From positions 416,001-480,000 of the forward strand of contig CAWDYC010000004.1 of NCBI GenBank assembly GCA_963806535.1: a stretch of 64,000 nt of DNA. The letters are read 5' to 3'. The stretch comes from Candidatus Bathyarchaeota archaeon. GTDB taxonomy: Archaea; Thermoproteota; Bathyarchaeia; Bathyarchaeales; Bathycorpusculaceae. The notes under the pieces were generated by a model. It ran no database searches. It was not told the origin of the DNA and worked only from the letters and a program-made list of their open reading frames with translations. This document shows, one piece after another, positions 1-10,279 of the stretch; the stretch's first letter is position 1; every line of letters begins with the position of its first letter. Both the position numbers and the translations under genes were made by a program.

Positions 1-1
1 T

Positions 2-1645
2 GTGAACAGTAGTGCTGTTTCGGGAGCTACAACAACTTCTTGGGTCTTCACGCCAGCAACAAGCGGAACCTTCAATGTATCTCTCAATGTTACAGACTCA
101 ACTGGAAACACCGTACAATCTGATAATGCACGCATACAAGCAGACTATTTCACCAAATACAATATCACATTCGACAAGACAGGAATAGGCACAGACTATA
201 ATGGTACAGTTGTCACCATAGACGGATCAAACTATACTGCGAATGATCTTCCCTTGGTTTTTTCTTGGAGTAGTTTCTCAACCCACACATTTGCCTTCCA
301 ATCATCGCTCCTACTTGATGGAAATACAACTGGACAATATGACTGGGCTTCAACAAGTGGCCTGTCGACAAGTCAATCGGACACATTCAATGTAACTCGT
401 TATGGAAGCGTGATTGGCAATTACAATAGCCAGAAAGCTGTTCCCATAAATCGTGTTCAAGGATGCTTTCACGCATCGACTTTGGGAAATAGTTTGATAG
501 TCAACCTTGCACACACACCTACAAGCGGCGATGTGCTAGTCGCAATTATAAGTACAGTTACAAACACGGGGTCCCCTGCAATTCCTATTAGCATCACAGA
601 GGCAGGTGTCGATAATTCTACAGGTGGCACTTATTGGAGCGGAGTAGCGGGAGGAGGCGGTGGAGGTACCGCCCCTGGAGAGCATGGGCTAGACATGGAG
701 ATTTGGGTTGGAAAAGTGGGTCAGAATCAAGCAAGCCGTACCATAAATGTCACATTGAATGCTGTTGCCAATCTTGGAGCTACGGTCGACGTTTGCGAAT
801 ATAGTGGTATATCCAAGATTGATTCGACATGGACAAATGGCACTCAGTCAAACACAGCAAATCTCTCAACTGGCTCGGTTATAAGCTCAATGAACGGTGA
901 ACTTGCAGTTGGCGGAATTTTTGATGAAGGATATAATTTAACAAATGCAAGCAATGGATTCACACTCTCAGATGGTATCTATTCCAATAATCAAGCGTTA
1001 GCTTATCTTGAAAAAACAAATTGCCCAATAGGGGAGGAAAGTTCTACAATAGCCGTTTCAGGGAGTACTGACGGATATGGTTGTATAGCGGTCTTTCAAC
1101 CCACTCTAGTAAAGAGCAATGTAACTGTAACCGACCAGGAGGCAGCGAACGGAGTTCTGACTTTTACCGCTTCTGGGCCAAACGGACAGTTAGGATACGT
1201 TAACGTCACAATCCCATTTGGATTCAACGCAACAGACATCACAGCATTCATCGATAACCAACCGGTCCAGCAACCAACTATAATCACGGATGGCTCTAAC
1301 TACTTTGTCTACTTCGAATTTCATCTAAGCACTCACAACATCATAATTCAATATGCTGCTTCTCCAACGCTTTCGGTTTCTTCCCCATCTCCATCGCCAG
1401 ATTCAACAGCAACTCCGACTTCAACAGCAATTCCAACGCAAACACCCGATTCATCGCAAAGTTCATCAAGTCCAACTCCAACTGATTCATCGAACCCAAC
1501 AATTCCAGAGTTTTCTGCTAAATTAGTGATAATTACTTTACTTGTCTTTATGATCGCAATTTTGTCCACAGTTGTTGCAAAGAAAATAATGGCCACTAAA
1601 ATCCAAGTCATCGAGCCCCGATCACGTAGAAACCTATCGAATTAG
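2..1645 (+). CDS. C-terminal part of a large cell-surface glycoprotein with S/T/P linker and PEF-CTERM-like sorting signal (5' truncated by window)
   Basis: Beta-rich Ig/PKD-like segments, many N-x-S/T sequons, Ser/Thr/Pro linker, then IPEF + hydrophobic helix + basic residues. Confidence 0.75.
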   Translation: MNSSAVSGATTTSWVFTPATSGTFNVSLNVTDSTGNTVQSDNARIQADYFTKYNITFDKTGIGTDYNGTVVTIDGSNYTANDLPLVFSWSSFSTHTFAFQSSLLLDGNTTGQYDWASTSGLSTSQSDTFNVTRYGSVIGNYNSQKAVPINRVQGCFHASTLGNSLIVNLAHTPTSGDVLVAIISTVTNTGSPAIPISITEAGVDNSTGGTYWSGVAGGGGGGTAPGEHGLDMEIWVGKVGQNQASRTINVTLNAVANLGATVDVCEYSGISKIDSTWTNGTQSNTANLSTGSVISSMNGELAVGGIFDEGYNLTNASNGFTLSDGIYSNNQALAYLEKTNCPIGEESSTIAVSGSTDGYGCIAVFQPTLVKSNVTVTDQEAANGVLTFTASGPNGQLGYVNVTIPFGFNATDITAFIDNQPVQQPTIITDGSNYFVYFEFHLSTHNIIIQYAASPTLSVSSPSPSPDSTATPTSTAIPTQTPDSSQSSSSPTPTDSSNPTIPEFSAKLVIITLLVFMIAILSTVVAKKIMATKIQVIEPRSRRNLSN

Positions 1646-1681
1646 AAAATAACCCATTTTGGGCACACCGATCATTGGCAG

Positions 1682-2076
1682 TCACCATTGAATCAGATCA
1701 ATTCCTTTGATGGATTTAAAGTGCTGATCCCGAGTCAGGATGGCATTCGCCTTTTGTTTTAGCTATTGCAGCAATTAGAATGTCAAACTCGCTGATCATT
1801 TTGCCCGATTTTTTCAGTTCGCAAAATATGGTTGATGCCTCCTCGCATGCTTCTACAGATAAATCAAGAACTTGCATGTTGGAAATTGCTTCTGTAACAT
1901 GTTTTAGGTTGTCTTCTGGTTTCGACGAGAGGCGCGCTCCTTTCAGCAATTCGTAGGCAGTGATTATCGTAATTACAACTTGGCCATTTATGTTTGACAC
2001 TTCGTGTACCTTATTTACTTCTTCAGGCGATCCATTCAGAAAAGGGATCATCACGTTTGTGTCGATAATGGTCAAG
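1682..2076 (-). CDS. vapC: VapC PIN-domain toxin (one frameshift near 1745)
   Basis: IIDTNV...ITAYEL...FDILIAAIA. Shifting frame at ~1745 restores AILTRDQHFKSIKGIDLIQW*. Confidence 0.85.
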
Positions 2077-2301
2077 CTAAATCTCAAACTCTCTTGGCTT
2101 TACGTGTTCTCTATCTTTCATTATTTGTGCAAGAACTTCGTCTGCATCGTCACCCTTCCAAGTTCCCGCAAATTCAAATATTGATTTTTTCTTTTCGTTG
2201 CTTGCTACACGAATGACAACATCTGAAAATGATTCTCCAGACTTTTTCATGCCTTTTAGAGTTTCATACGCTTTTTCAGAGAGAGAGATAACTTTAGTCA
2301 T
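2077..2301 (-). CDS. vapB: VapB-type antitoxin (DUF217-like)
   Basis: MTKVISLSEKAYETLKGMKKSGESFSDVVIR; abuts the PIN gene. Confidence 0.85.
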   Translation of the reverse strand: MTKVISLSEKAYETLKGMKKSGESFSDVVIRVASNEKKKSIFEFAGTWKGDDADEVLAQIMKDREHVKPREFEI

Positions 2302-2352
2302 ATCAAATACTATGTGCATATGCATATATATGCATTCTTGTCTTAGCGTTTG

Positions 2353-2632
2353 CTACCTATATTTTTCTAAAACTTGTTTTCCAAACTCTTTTATTTGAAC
2401 AGAGTAAAAATCATACAGCGGCGACTTTCGCGCAATATCCGGATTATCTACAAGCAGCGATTTTTCCAATTCTCTGACCGCATCGTTTAAGCCCGCAGGA
2501 GTTAAGACTGTTTTCTTAGTATTTGCTCTCCCCCTCGCAAACTCGCCATCCTTGAATTCAGAAAAGCACTTCAAAAACCTTCTTGGCATTCATATCCAAA
2601 ATATTAAAATCATCAAGGTCAAAATCTTGCAT
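2353..2632 (-). CDS. Small winged-helix-like protein, frameshifted paralog of 21497-21775
   Basis: Near-identical DNA to 21497-21775 including ATG context (MQDFDLDDFNILDMNAKK); net +1 nt. Confidence 0.7.
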
Positions 2633-2820
2633 TCCTGAAAACCTCAATTAGGGAAATCTTTAAGATAAAAACTATTTGAATAAATCCTTTATAGAACATT
2701 TAGTTGCTTGTTAGAAAATCCGTGTGCAGTATGAGCTTTCAAAACCTTAGGCTTCAATTCTGTTGAAGCATTAAAAAGTATAAATCAATGTTCTACTTTT
2801 GTATAACTTAAGGTGAGACA

Positions 2821-3066
2821 TTGATAGAGGAGGAGATGAAAGTCGGTCCAAAAGGACAAGTTGTCATACCAAGAACAATGCGAAAAGCGCTTAAGATTAC
2901 TCCAGGCTCCAAAGTGTTATTCAAACTAGAAGACGGAAAGCTAATTTTGGAAAAACCAAGTTTCGATGCAGTAGCAGTTTTCAGAAAAATAGCTAAACAA
3001 ATCAACTACAACAAAGAAATAGATCCCCATCAATACGAAGAAGAACTCAAAGCGAGAAATCCATAA
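2821..3066 (+). CDS. AbrB/MazE/SpoVT-family antitoxin
   Basis: KVGPKGQVVIPRTMRKALKITPGSKVLF motif; overlaps the PIN gene start. Confidence 0.9.
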   Translation: MIEEEMKVGPKGQVVIPRTMRKALKITPGSKVLFKLEDGKLILEKPSFDAVAVFRKIAKQINYNKEIDPHQYEEELKARNP

Positions 3067-3461
3067 TGATTTATCTTGACTCCAACGTCTTTATTTACGC
3101 GACTGTAAACACAGAAGAGCTTGGAGAAAAAGCAAGATCTTTGCTTCAAAGAATACAACAGGGCGAAGAAAAGGCAGAAACCTCAGCGTTGACTTTCGAT
3201 GAAGTATTTTGGGCCATAAAAAAACTGGACTTTGAAGCGGCGCTCGAAGCCTCCCAAGCACTATTAAATTTTCCCAACTTGGAAATCATTTCTGCAGACA
3301 GAGACATAGCCTTATTTGCTCTTCAAATAATCAAGGAGTATCATCTGGCTCCGAGGGACGCAATTCATGCTGCGACGGCGATTGCAGCAAAGGCAGAAGC
3401 TGTAGTTTCGACAGATACACATTTTGATAAGATAAAAGAACTCAAACGAAGGCCACTATAG
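3066..3461 (+). CDS. vapC: VapC PIN-domain toxin
   Basis: IYLDSNVF...TFDEV...PRDAIHAATA...STDTHFD. Confidence 0.92.
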   Translation: MIYLDSNVFIYATVNTEELGEKARSLLQRIQQGEEKAETSALTFDEVFWAIKKLDFEAALEASQALLNFPNLEIISADRDIALFALQIIKEYHLAPRDAIHAATAIAAKAEAVVSTDTHFDKIKELKRRPL

Positions 3462-3485
3462 CCTTTAAACCCTCAAATAAAACTT

Positions 3486-3552
3486 TTTTCCGATAATATT
3501 TAGTACTGACGCATTAATGGAGATTGCTTTTTTGATTAAACATAGGTCCTCG
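3486..3552 (-). repeat. Dispersed vapC 3'-end remnant (repeat V, copy 1)
   Basis: Aligns by eye with 12031-12111, 15691-15791 and the vapC 3' end at 19987-20089. Confidence 0.7.
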
Positions 3553-3720
3553 ACTCAGTATTGGCGGTTTTTGTGGAAGTTTTGTTCTTTGTGTTTTGGG
3601 TTGCTTTTTTGTTTTGGAGCTTAAGTCTTTTGCAGGTTGCGTCTTTATTCGTCACTACGCGTCCCAGACGTCACATCACTACGCGTCATAAAACGTCACA
3701 GAACGTCACAATCCGTCTAA
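3553..3720. repeat. Intergenic repeat W ending in 10-bp-phased CGTC motifs
   Basis: Similar to 22562-22690 (TATTG.CGGTTTTT...GGAAG...TTTGCAGGTTGCGTC). GTC occurs at 3641, 3651, 3661, 3670, 3685, 3695, 3705 and 3715. Confidence 0.65.
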
Positions 3721-4432
3721 AGTGATAATTCCACGCGATTAACTCAAAAAATCCCTTTTAAAACAGCAGTTCAGCGAGGAAACCGCCTGCAAACTCCAAA
3801 AAATATCAAATGGCAGTTTAAGATAGAACCTGATCAGCTTCTAAAGTTGGAATAAAAGTCTTAAACCAGGGAGAAGCCTGGCAGTTTTTTTAGGCAAAAA
3901 TGGCGAAAGGTGGACGAATAAATATTAAAAGGTGACAATGGGGCTTTTGCATGCGAAGGAGAAAATCTTGAAGTGCACGTCTTTGAAGTAAAACTTGAAC
4001 CCTCTAAGATAGATTCCAATAGAATAGTCCAAGAACACACCGCCCGTTAACTAATCAAAAAGACGTCTGAACCAACATCCTAACTCACCAAACTCAGAAA
4101 AATTGGAAAAACCAACAGCAAACATTTTCTAACCCGGAAGTGGGTCAAGAGAGATTTGACTAAAATAGACTCAGTCCCTTATCATGCGGTACACAACCCT
4201 TAAACAATTTTTGTGCAGCTAAGGTTAAGGCAAAAAGTGGAAAATATACGCAAAATACACTTCAACTTGAAAAATGAGTTGATAGAGACTTTACCATTTA
4301 CGGCAAAGACATGCATAAGCCAATCGAAACATAGTCAAGAAAGCTTAAGTGTTAAACCATCCATACAAATGCCGAACGCCCATGAAGTTGAAAGGCTCGC
4401 CCATCAATCTGAATACATATGAAGTTTCTGAA

Positions 4433-5552
4433 ATGCTGACAAACAGGCATTTTCAAGAATTCAAAATGGATGAATTCGAAAAAATTCACCTTCCTCAGAG
4501 TATGAAGCCTTTCACAGATCTCAACCCCTTGGCTACCAAAGAGTTTGTTGTGGATGATAATAGAGGAGCAGTTTCCCCTTTGCCCTCTTTGAAGATGGAC
4601 GGCACTGACTTTTACCTTTCAGTTAAAGGAATCGGTTCAACAACCAATCCTTTTTCTCATCAGCTTCTCGGGAAAGATGAAATATGTAGCCTACTGAAAG
4701 ATTCCACACTAAAAGAAAGGATTGTTAATTCGGCGGAAACAGCTCCACGATACTTAACAGGGGAATTATGGCTAAGAGGTTCCCCATATGGGGGACAGGG
4801 ACTTGAGCACGCAACCACTTCGATGAGAGTGTCAGAAATGGCCGACCTTACCTCCATTCATGGATTTCGAATTGCACCCCTTGTGAAAATTGTTTTCCTT
4901 CCTGATGATCTAGAGAATGAAATCAAAAAAATATACTGGTACCGCAAATTCAGGGGACGGATGGTTCAGGAAACAAGATTGGTTCCGTCTAATGTGAGGA
5001 TTTATTTTCATTCAGGAAGCACAATCGGCAGTAACATACGATCAATCTTTAACATGTTTGAATTAGACAAGAACGATAAAGCATTAGAGTTTCTGAGAAA
5101 TTTCGTTAAGAGTGGAATTGCATACCTTACTCTTTTCGTGAGGACATTAAAAAGTAACGAGGATGGAACTTTCAGTGGATTGGATTTCTATGATGTCTGG
5201 CTAGACAAGGATGCAGTTCTCGCTCCTGACGGCACCATTTACTTTGTTGACCTTGAAGGCTTGGAATGGATAACTGTTGAGGAAAAGAAAATCTCGGAAA
5301 AGATAGACGACCAGATATACAGATCTCTGTACGAATTCATGTATGCTTATGAGCAGATAGAACGAGAACGATCCGCAAGGTTCGGAGACTTGACGGACAG
5401 GCAAGTGCAGTTTGAATATCTTCTCAAAGAGGCTCTCAAGGATGATGAGGTTGTTGACCTTGCAAGTGAGGGACAAAGCCTTAAACTGGTAATAGGTAAC
5501 ATATTAGGAGAACAAGCGTTTAACAAAAGAATTTCCAATCTTGGATCGGTGA
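4433..5552 (+). CDS. Uncharacterised protein with SelO/YdiU-like (pseudo)kinase-fold motifs; extra T at ~5520
   Basis: DDNRGA / LSVKGIGSTTNPFS / TRLVPSNVRIY / LDKDAVLAPDGTIYFVDLEG. Removing one T gives ...EQALTKEFPILDR* (TGA 5550-5552). Start codon uncertain. Confidence 0.6.
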
Positions 5553-5557
5553 TTGAA

Positions 5558-7117
5558 ATGAAATGCAACGACGTAAGAACATTCTTCACCCAAATAGCTG
5601 AAAAATCCGTTTCGATGCAAATTCAACCGTCCGATATGGATTTTCTCAGCAGCAACGGCTACCTTTCAGTGATGCAAAAAGAAGATTATGATCAGGCAGT
5701 AGCCGAAGTTTCAAACTTGACACAGATGAATACAGACTTGGTGAATGCAGAGAATGCTGACAGGAGCGCAAAGATCAGCTCTGGAAGAAGAGGAGAAGAA
5801 AACTCATTCAATCACATTTCTTTTTGAAGACAAAGAGAATAAAGAAGCTGAACGCGAAAAAGTAGAAAGCGAAAAAGACCATTGTCTCAAAAATGGAAGC
5901 TGACGTAACTGAAAGGGAAGCCACGATTAACGAGCTAATTCACAAGAAATCCAAAATCGACAGGATGGTGCCATATGACGGAAAATATTTGTCACTTACT
6001 GGTGTTGGAGTAATGATGCTAAACGATCTTATCGTAAGAAATTACAGGGTCTCTGATGAGGAATTTCCCGATTTTATAGAAGAAATCCAAACTACGTTCA
6101 GCGAATTGCGATCCATAGCAGAGAGAGGTAGCTATCACGTATCTAATCTGAAAATTAGTTTCCCAGAAATGGACCTCTCTCAACTCTGGAGCATATCGAT
6201 AGGTTTGGCCAAGCTTCAAGGCGACCCTAACCAAATTGGTCAAAGATTTCTTTTTGCACTTGATCTCCTCAAGCATTTCGATTGCACTCTTGAAAATAAG
6301 ATGATGGCAGGGGAAATTATGGCTGCCTCTAGGGCAGATCCCTCTCAAACAACAACAAATTCTGATCTTCAGAACTTGTCGGAAACTTTAGCTAAACTCG
6401 ATCACCAACTCAGGCATGACGCGCACGTTCCTAATCCGCTTTCAGCGGGCGTTGCTGCCACTATCCTGTTTGGGCGGAGATATGACGGCACTTTTCCAAC
6501 TGACCGATTTGTGGAATTTTCCAAAATGACTTCTTCGTATGAGTCAGCTGCAATACTCTCAATATTTAATGTGCCTTCAGACCAACTGGCTAGGCAAGTT
6601 CCAATCGTTCAGATTGCTTTTTAATTCCTGGGGATTTGAGGTATCAGAGGATACCGAGCTTGCTTCGGCTTATTTAGCGATTTCCGATTTGGGACCAGAA
6701 GACGTGAGATCGAAGTTAACAATAATTGAGAATGGGCTTAGAAATTATCTGGAGTATCCACTTGTGGCTTCTGCAATACTTGCTTCAATATCAACCCTTG
6801 AAGCTAATGAGACTCTTGACCTGATGGAAAAGGCATCTTTTTTGCTTGGATCTTACGTTAAAGATCTTGAACGATCTGAAGTGATAAGTCTTGCAGTTAG
6901 GATGATTCATGGAATCAAAAATGAACTTGTCAAGGAACTTGATCCAACCGCAACTATTGTGAAGACTCCAGTGCAGTTCACTTATGTACCAACAAACGTT
7001 TTCTTCATCTACTATGCGCCTCTGATTATTGCACACTCATCTTACCATTCAACATTCAGCGGCATTGGCGGCTATCATCCTGCCCATGTGCATGGTGTAG
7101 GAGGTTTCATGGGATGA
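5558..7117 (+). CDS. Uncharacterised helical protein (coiled coil, helical repeats, His/Gly-rich C-terminal tail); frameshifted
   Basis: ATG preceded by GGTGA. ORF pieces 5558-5827, 5893-6624 and 6539-7117 join across single-base shifts. Ends HSSYHSTFSGIGGYHPAHVHGVGGFMG. Confidence 0.7.
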
Positions 7118-8192
7118 ACTCAAAGTCCTTTGTTATCATACTTTCACTTTTCATAGCTCTCTTCGTGGCTCCTGTCGCCGCAGCTTACGTTCCCCATGTT
7201 GGAGACCACTTCAGCTATTACGAGGTTACAGATCTTGGAAGCGGCACCGGCGATTACACTGGATACACCGAACATGCAACATATAACGGAGCAGAAACAA
7301 TGAATGGCGTCAATACTGACGGAACTGTATCCGCTCACTATAGTTACTCCTATACCTGGAGCAACAGCACAGGCACAACAGAAACTGGGAATCCGTCTGG
7401 AGATTTCACGTTCTCACCAGTCACTTTTCTCTATGTTAATGGAACTGACGATCAGACAGGATATGTTAACCCGACTGTCTGGTTCGTTATGGATAACTCA
7501 ATCCCAGTGGGCGGTACCTTTTCTCTTCTGAACACAGAGATGACAGTCATATCCAAAAACTACAGCTACTATCTTCCGTCCCAGAACGAGAAATGTGAAC
7601 GTGATCTTTGCTCAAGGACAGTCGAGTTACGAGCGAAACGACGTATACGGACAATTCAGTGCCACCTATACATGGAAAGCCTACTTTGACCCATCCACAG
7701 GATACATCGTAGGATATAGCTATAATGAACACGATACCAATACTTCAGGAACAGGGTTCACCTACACCGAAAATCTGTATGTGACTTCAACTAGCTATCC
7801 ACTAACTGCTGCAGCCCCAAACAATACAAATGGAGGAACACCAACCCCGGTCCGCCAGCATCCCCGGCGGAACAACTCCAATCCAATCCCCATATTTTGG
7901 TTTCATTGCAGGAATAACCTTATTCATCGTAGTCATTGTTATCATTATAATTCTGATTTATGCATTTTCAAGAAGAAGCAGAAAAACTCTTCCCCAACAT
8001 TCATACCAACAGCCATATCAGCAACAGCCTCCGCCAGGTCCCCCTCCAGAGAATATCGATTTGACTCCAAAGCAACCGCCAGTACAGCAGATTGTGATTA
8101 AGGAGGTTGTGAAGGTTAAGTGCCGCTACTGCGGAGCACTAATAGACTCCACAGCTGAGACCTGTCCTATATGCGGAGCACCCAGAACATAG
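7114..8192 (+). CDS. Single-pass membrane protein: signal peptide, Y/T-rich ectodomain, TM, P/Q-rich linker, C-terminal zinc ribbon; frameshifted
   Basis: ATGA overlap with the upstream gene; three overlapping ORF pieces; CRYCG...CPICG at the C-terminus. Confidence 0.75.
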
Positions 8193-8207
8193 ATATCTAC
8201 TGATTTT

Positions 8208-8969
8208 TCAATTCCTTCTTTTTGTTTCTAAGTCCTTCTTAAAATACTGAAAAACCTGTCCAGACACCTTCATTTGCGCTTTCATGACATTATTTGAAGA
8301 TGGGATGTTATAGCGTGAAATTTCAGTGAATACTGAACGGGCATGGTTTGACTTGAGCCAGAGAAGTCGTGCATTGAGGATATCTTCACCTATGCCTATT
8401 CTTCTGTATTGAGGTTTCACGTAAAGAGAGTGCAGTCTTCCAATACCGTTGACAAGTGAGACCCAACCCAACCCAGCAATTTCGTTGTTTAACCTGACAA
8501 TATAGCATCTTTCTCCGTTTTTGAGTGCAACTTTTACCCACTTCTTGTTTATGCCTGGATGGGTTGAAGACATGAATTGTTCTATCTCACCTACGTTTTC
8601 CTTGTCTACTGTTGAAATTTCATAGCTGAATCTATGAGCAAGGGCAAGATGTTCAATGTCTATGGTGTAAATGTCATAGATTTCATTTTCAAGCTCAGTT
8701 TTCATCTCTGAGAAGAGAAAATTAAACTGTTTTAATCCATAAAAGTAGTCAAAAACTTCTCTTGATCTTGTGTAAATTGTTCCTCCTTTCTCAAAGTCGT
8801 CGTATATGAAAATACCTGAAATAGTGCCTTCAGAGGTTCTGGATACATAGGCTTCGCCGCCTATTTCAAGAATCTCTTTGATATGATAATTAAGATAAGG
8901 TTCAAAGAACGAAAAGCCAACAGGGAACACGAAATCGATATCTGAGGTATTCCTGTATTTGGGAAACAT
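8208..8969 (-). CDS. GNAT-family N-acetyltransferase (C-terminal GNAT domain)
   Basis: LHSLYVKPQYRRIGIG acetyl-CoA motif A; N..S motif B. Confidence 0.85.
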   Translation of the reverse strand: MFPKYRNTSDIDFVFPVGFSFFEPYLNYHIKEILEIGGEAYVSRTSEGTISGIFIYDDFEKGGTIYTRSREVFDYFYGLKQFNFLFSEMKTELENEIYDIYTIDIEHLALAHRFSYEISTVDKENVGEIEQFMSSTHPGINKKWVKVALKNGERCYIVRLNNEIAGLGWVSLVNGIGRLHSLYVKPQYRRIGIGEDILNARLLWLKSNHARSVFTEISRYNIPSSNNVMKAQMKVSGQVFQYFKKDLETKRRN

Positions 8970-9137
8970 GCATTTTTCTTTATCAACCCAATTTTTTACT
9001 GGTTAAATTATGGTTAGTATGAATTTCAATCTGATAAGCGTAGAGTTCTCATCTGGTTAAAGTGTACGCCCCTTGGTAGAATGCACTTTTAACCAAAAAA
9101 ATTCTTATCTCTCAATTACAAAGTGTTATTGATAATT

Positions 9138-10279
9138 TTGAACTTAATCGAGTTTGAAGCTAAGCAAGTGTTGCTGAAGTACGGTATTCCGATTCCAAAG
9201 GGAATTTTAATCTCTGACTCAAAACAGACCGTTTCTGCCTTGAGGTAACTTAAAGCCTCCTTACATGGTTAAGGCTCAGGTTCCCGTCAGCGGAAGAGGG
9301 AAAGCGGGCGGGATAATACCTGCCAACTCGATACTTGAGGCGCAAGATGCCGTAACCCGACTTCTAGGAGCAGAAATAAAGAGTTTTCCCGTTAAGCAAG
9401 TGCTAATAGAAGAAAAACTTGCAACCAAAAAAGAATTGTACTTAGGTTTTACGGTTGATAGATTCAACCGTTGCTATGTTATGTTAGCCTCCAAAATGGG
9501 AGGCATGGACATTGAGGAAGTGGCAGAAAAAACTCCGCAAGCCATCGTCCGAACACCAGTTGATGCTCAGTCAGGATTCCGTTCTGTTGATGCATTATCG
9601 ATTGCGAAAAAACTTGGTTATAGCGGTGATCAACTTGTGGAATTATCAAGTGTCATTTAGAAATTATATCGAGCTTCCGTTGAAAACGACGCTGAAATGA
9701 CTGAAATTAATCCCTTAATAGAAACAGACGTCCGGGGGTTTTGTGGCTGCCGATGCTCGAATGGTAATTGATGATAATGCTCTCTTTAGGCATCCTGAAT
9801 ATGAGGCAAAACAAACTCAAACGCTCTCGTCGATGGAGACTTTGGCTTTAAAGAACAACTTGGCTTATGTGAAGCTTGACGGTGACATAGGCGTAGTTGG
9901 CAATGGCGCTGGATTGGTAATGGCTACTGTTGATTTGCTAAATTATTATGGAGGCAAACCAGCAGACTTTTTAGATATCGGCGGCGGCGCAAGCGTGGAA
10001 GCTATTAGAGTTGCCCTACAAATTGTCCTTGAAGATCCAGATGTCAAGTCTGTACTTGTTAATGTGCTAGGTGGAATAACTCGCTGTGATGAGGTTGCAA
10101 GAGGCATAATTGAAGCCGTCAAAGACGTCAAGGTCAAAAAGCCATTGGCTGTAAGGCTTGTTGGCACAAACGAAAAGGAAGGTCAAAAAATTCTCGCCGA
10201 CGCAGGAATAAGCGTCTTGGATAGCATGGAAGAAGCCGCTAAACAGGCAGTAAAGTTTGCAGCAGGAGAGAAACAGTAA
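9138..10279 (+). CDS. sucC: Succinyl-CoA synthetase beta subunit (frameshifted)
   Basis: TTG start MNLIEFEAKQ, VKAQV..GRGKAGGI, EINPL, DDNALFRH, GNGAGLVMAT, DFLDIGGGA, GGITRCDEVA. Confidence 0.9.

Noticed and set aside
3641-3720. Possible mini-CRISPR array
   Set aside because: The repeats are only 4-5 bp with a ~10-bp period; no repeat-spacer structure and no cas genes.
4349-5827. 492-aa single ORF in the track
   Set aside because: An extra T at ~5520 fuses two genes; a stop (5550-5552), GGTGA and ATG (5558) mark the real boundary.
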